DNA of 35,280 bases from Azolla caroliniana (Eukaryota; Plantae; Polypodiophyta), in contig JBHGNT010000318.1 in assembly GCA_043228905.1 (NCBI GenBank), positions 1 through 35,280 on the forward strand, in the 5' to 3' direction. The notes beneath the pieces are model-generated. The model was not told the DNA's origin. It searched no databases and was given only the letters and a program-made list of their open reading frames with translations. Shown here one piece after another: positions 34,843-35,280 of this stretch. Made by a program: the position numbers and the translations under genes. Positions within the stretch are counted from its first letter, which is position 1, and the number at the start of each line of letters is the position of its first letter.

Positions 34843-35280
34843 CTGAAAGTTCAAACTGAGGTTACAGATGAGATTGTATATGCACATATGAAACAAAATG
34901 GTAAAACAGCATGATATACCAGTTGAGAAACATATTCAAATAATAATAGCTTCGCAACTTGCTTTGGAAAGTGCACTTGAGAGATCTATGTATATGTATG
35001 TAGATACTATAACCTATACATAAAACACTACGAGAGAATGGACAAAGCAGCACGTCTTCAAGTTAGGGAATACTCATGAGAGCTCCTATTTGCCAACATA
35101 TTCGATTACCCCCATCCCATGTCTGCATTATACCTTCACAGGGCATAGTGAATGATGTCTGCAGTGAGTGCTCTATTGAAATCTCTACCTAGCATTGCTT
35201 TTCAGGAAAAGGAGAGAGACAACAAGAAAGATAAATAGTCTCTAGTCACGTGGTGGTCTGGGGTGCACCTAGAACTTTGT

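Overview
AT-rich, intron-containing land-plant nuclear DNA. It is probably from a fern or another lineage with heavy plastid RNA editing, inferred from unedited codons in a plastid insertion. From left to right: (1) a single-CDS-exon group VIIIa ERF repressor (AP2 domain plus two EAR-type motifs; 2048-2773 +); (2) a decayed plastid insertion (NUPT) carrying the rps19 tail, rpl22 and the rps3 head (about 3534-4218); (3) a spliced UAP56-interacting export factor (UIEF)-like gene on the minus strand (8494->6166), not visible in the ORF track; (4) a head-to-head paralog on the plus strand (9952->about 12037) with the same intron phases and central motif, but with the N-terminal UAP56-binding motif replaced and the C-terminal motif apparently lost; (5) a TRM/LONGIFOLIA-like gene of about 1077 aa (18951->14687 -); (6) about 15 kb of gene-poor DNA with decayed transposon remnants and small tandem duplications; (7) the last four exons of a PAC4/PSMG4 proteasome assembly chaperone gene (34842->34283 -). 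The most interesting observation is the divergent UIEF / UBM-less UIEF pair. All gene models were built by eye from GT-AG signals and frame continuity, and family calls come from recalled motifs, not database searches.
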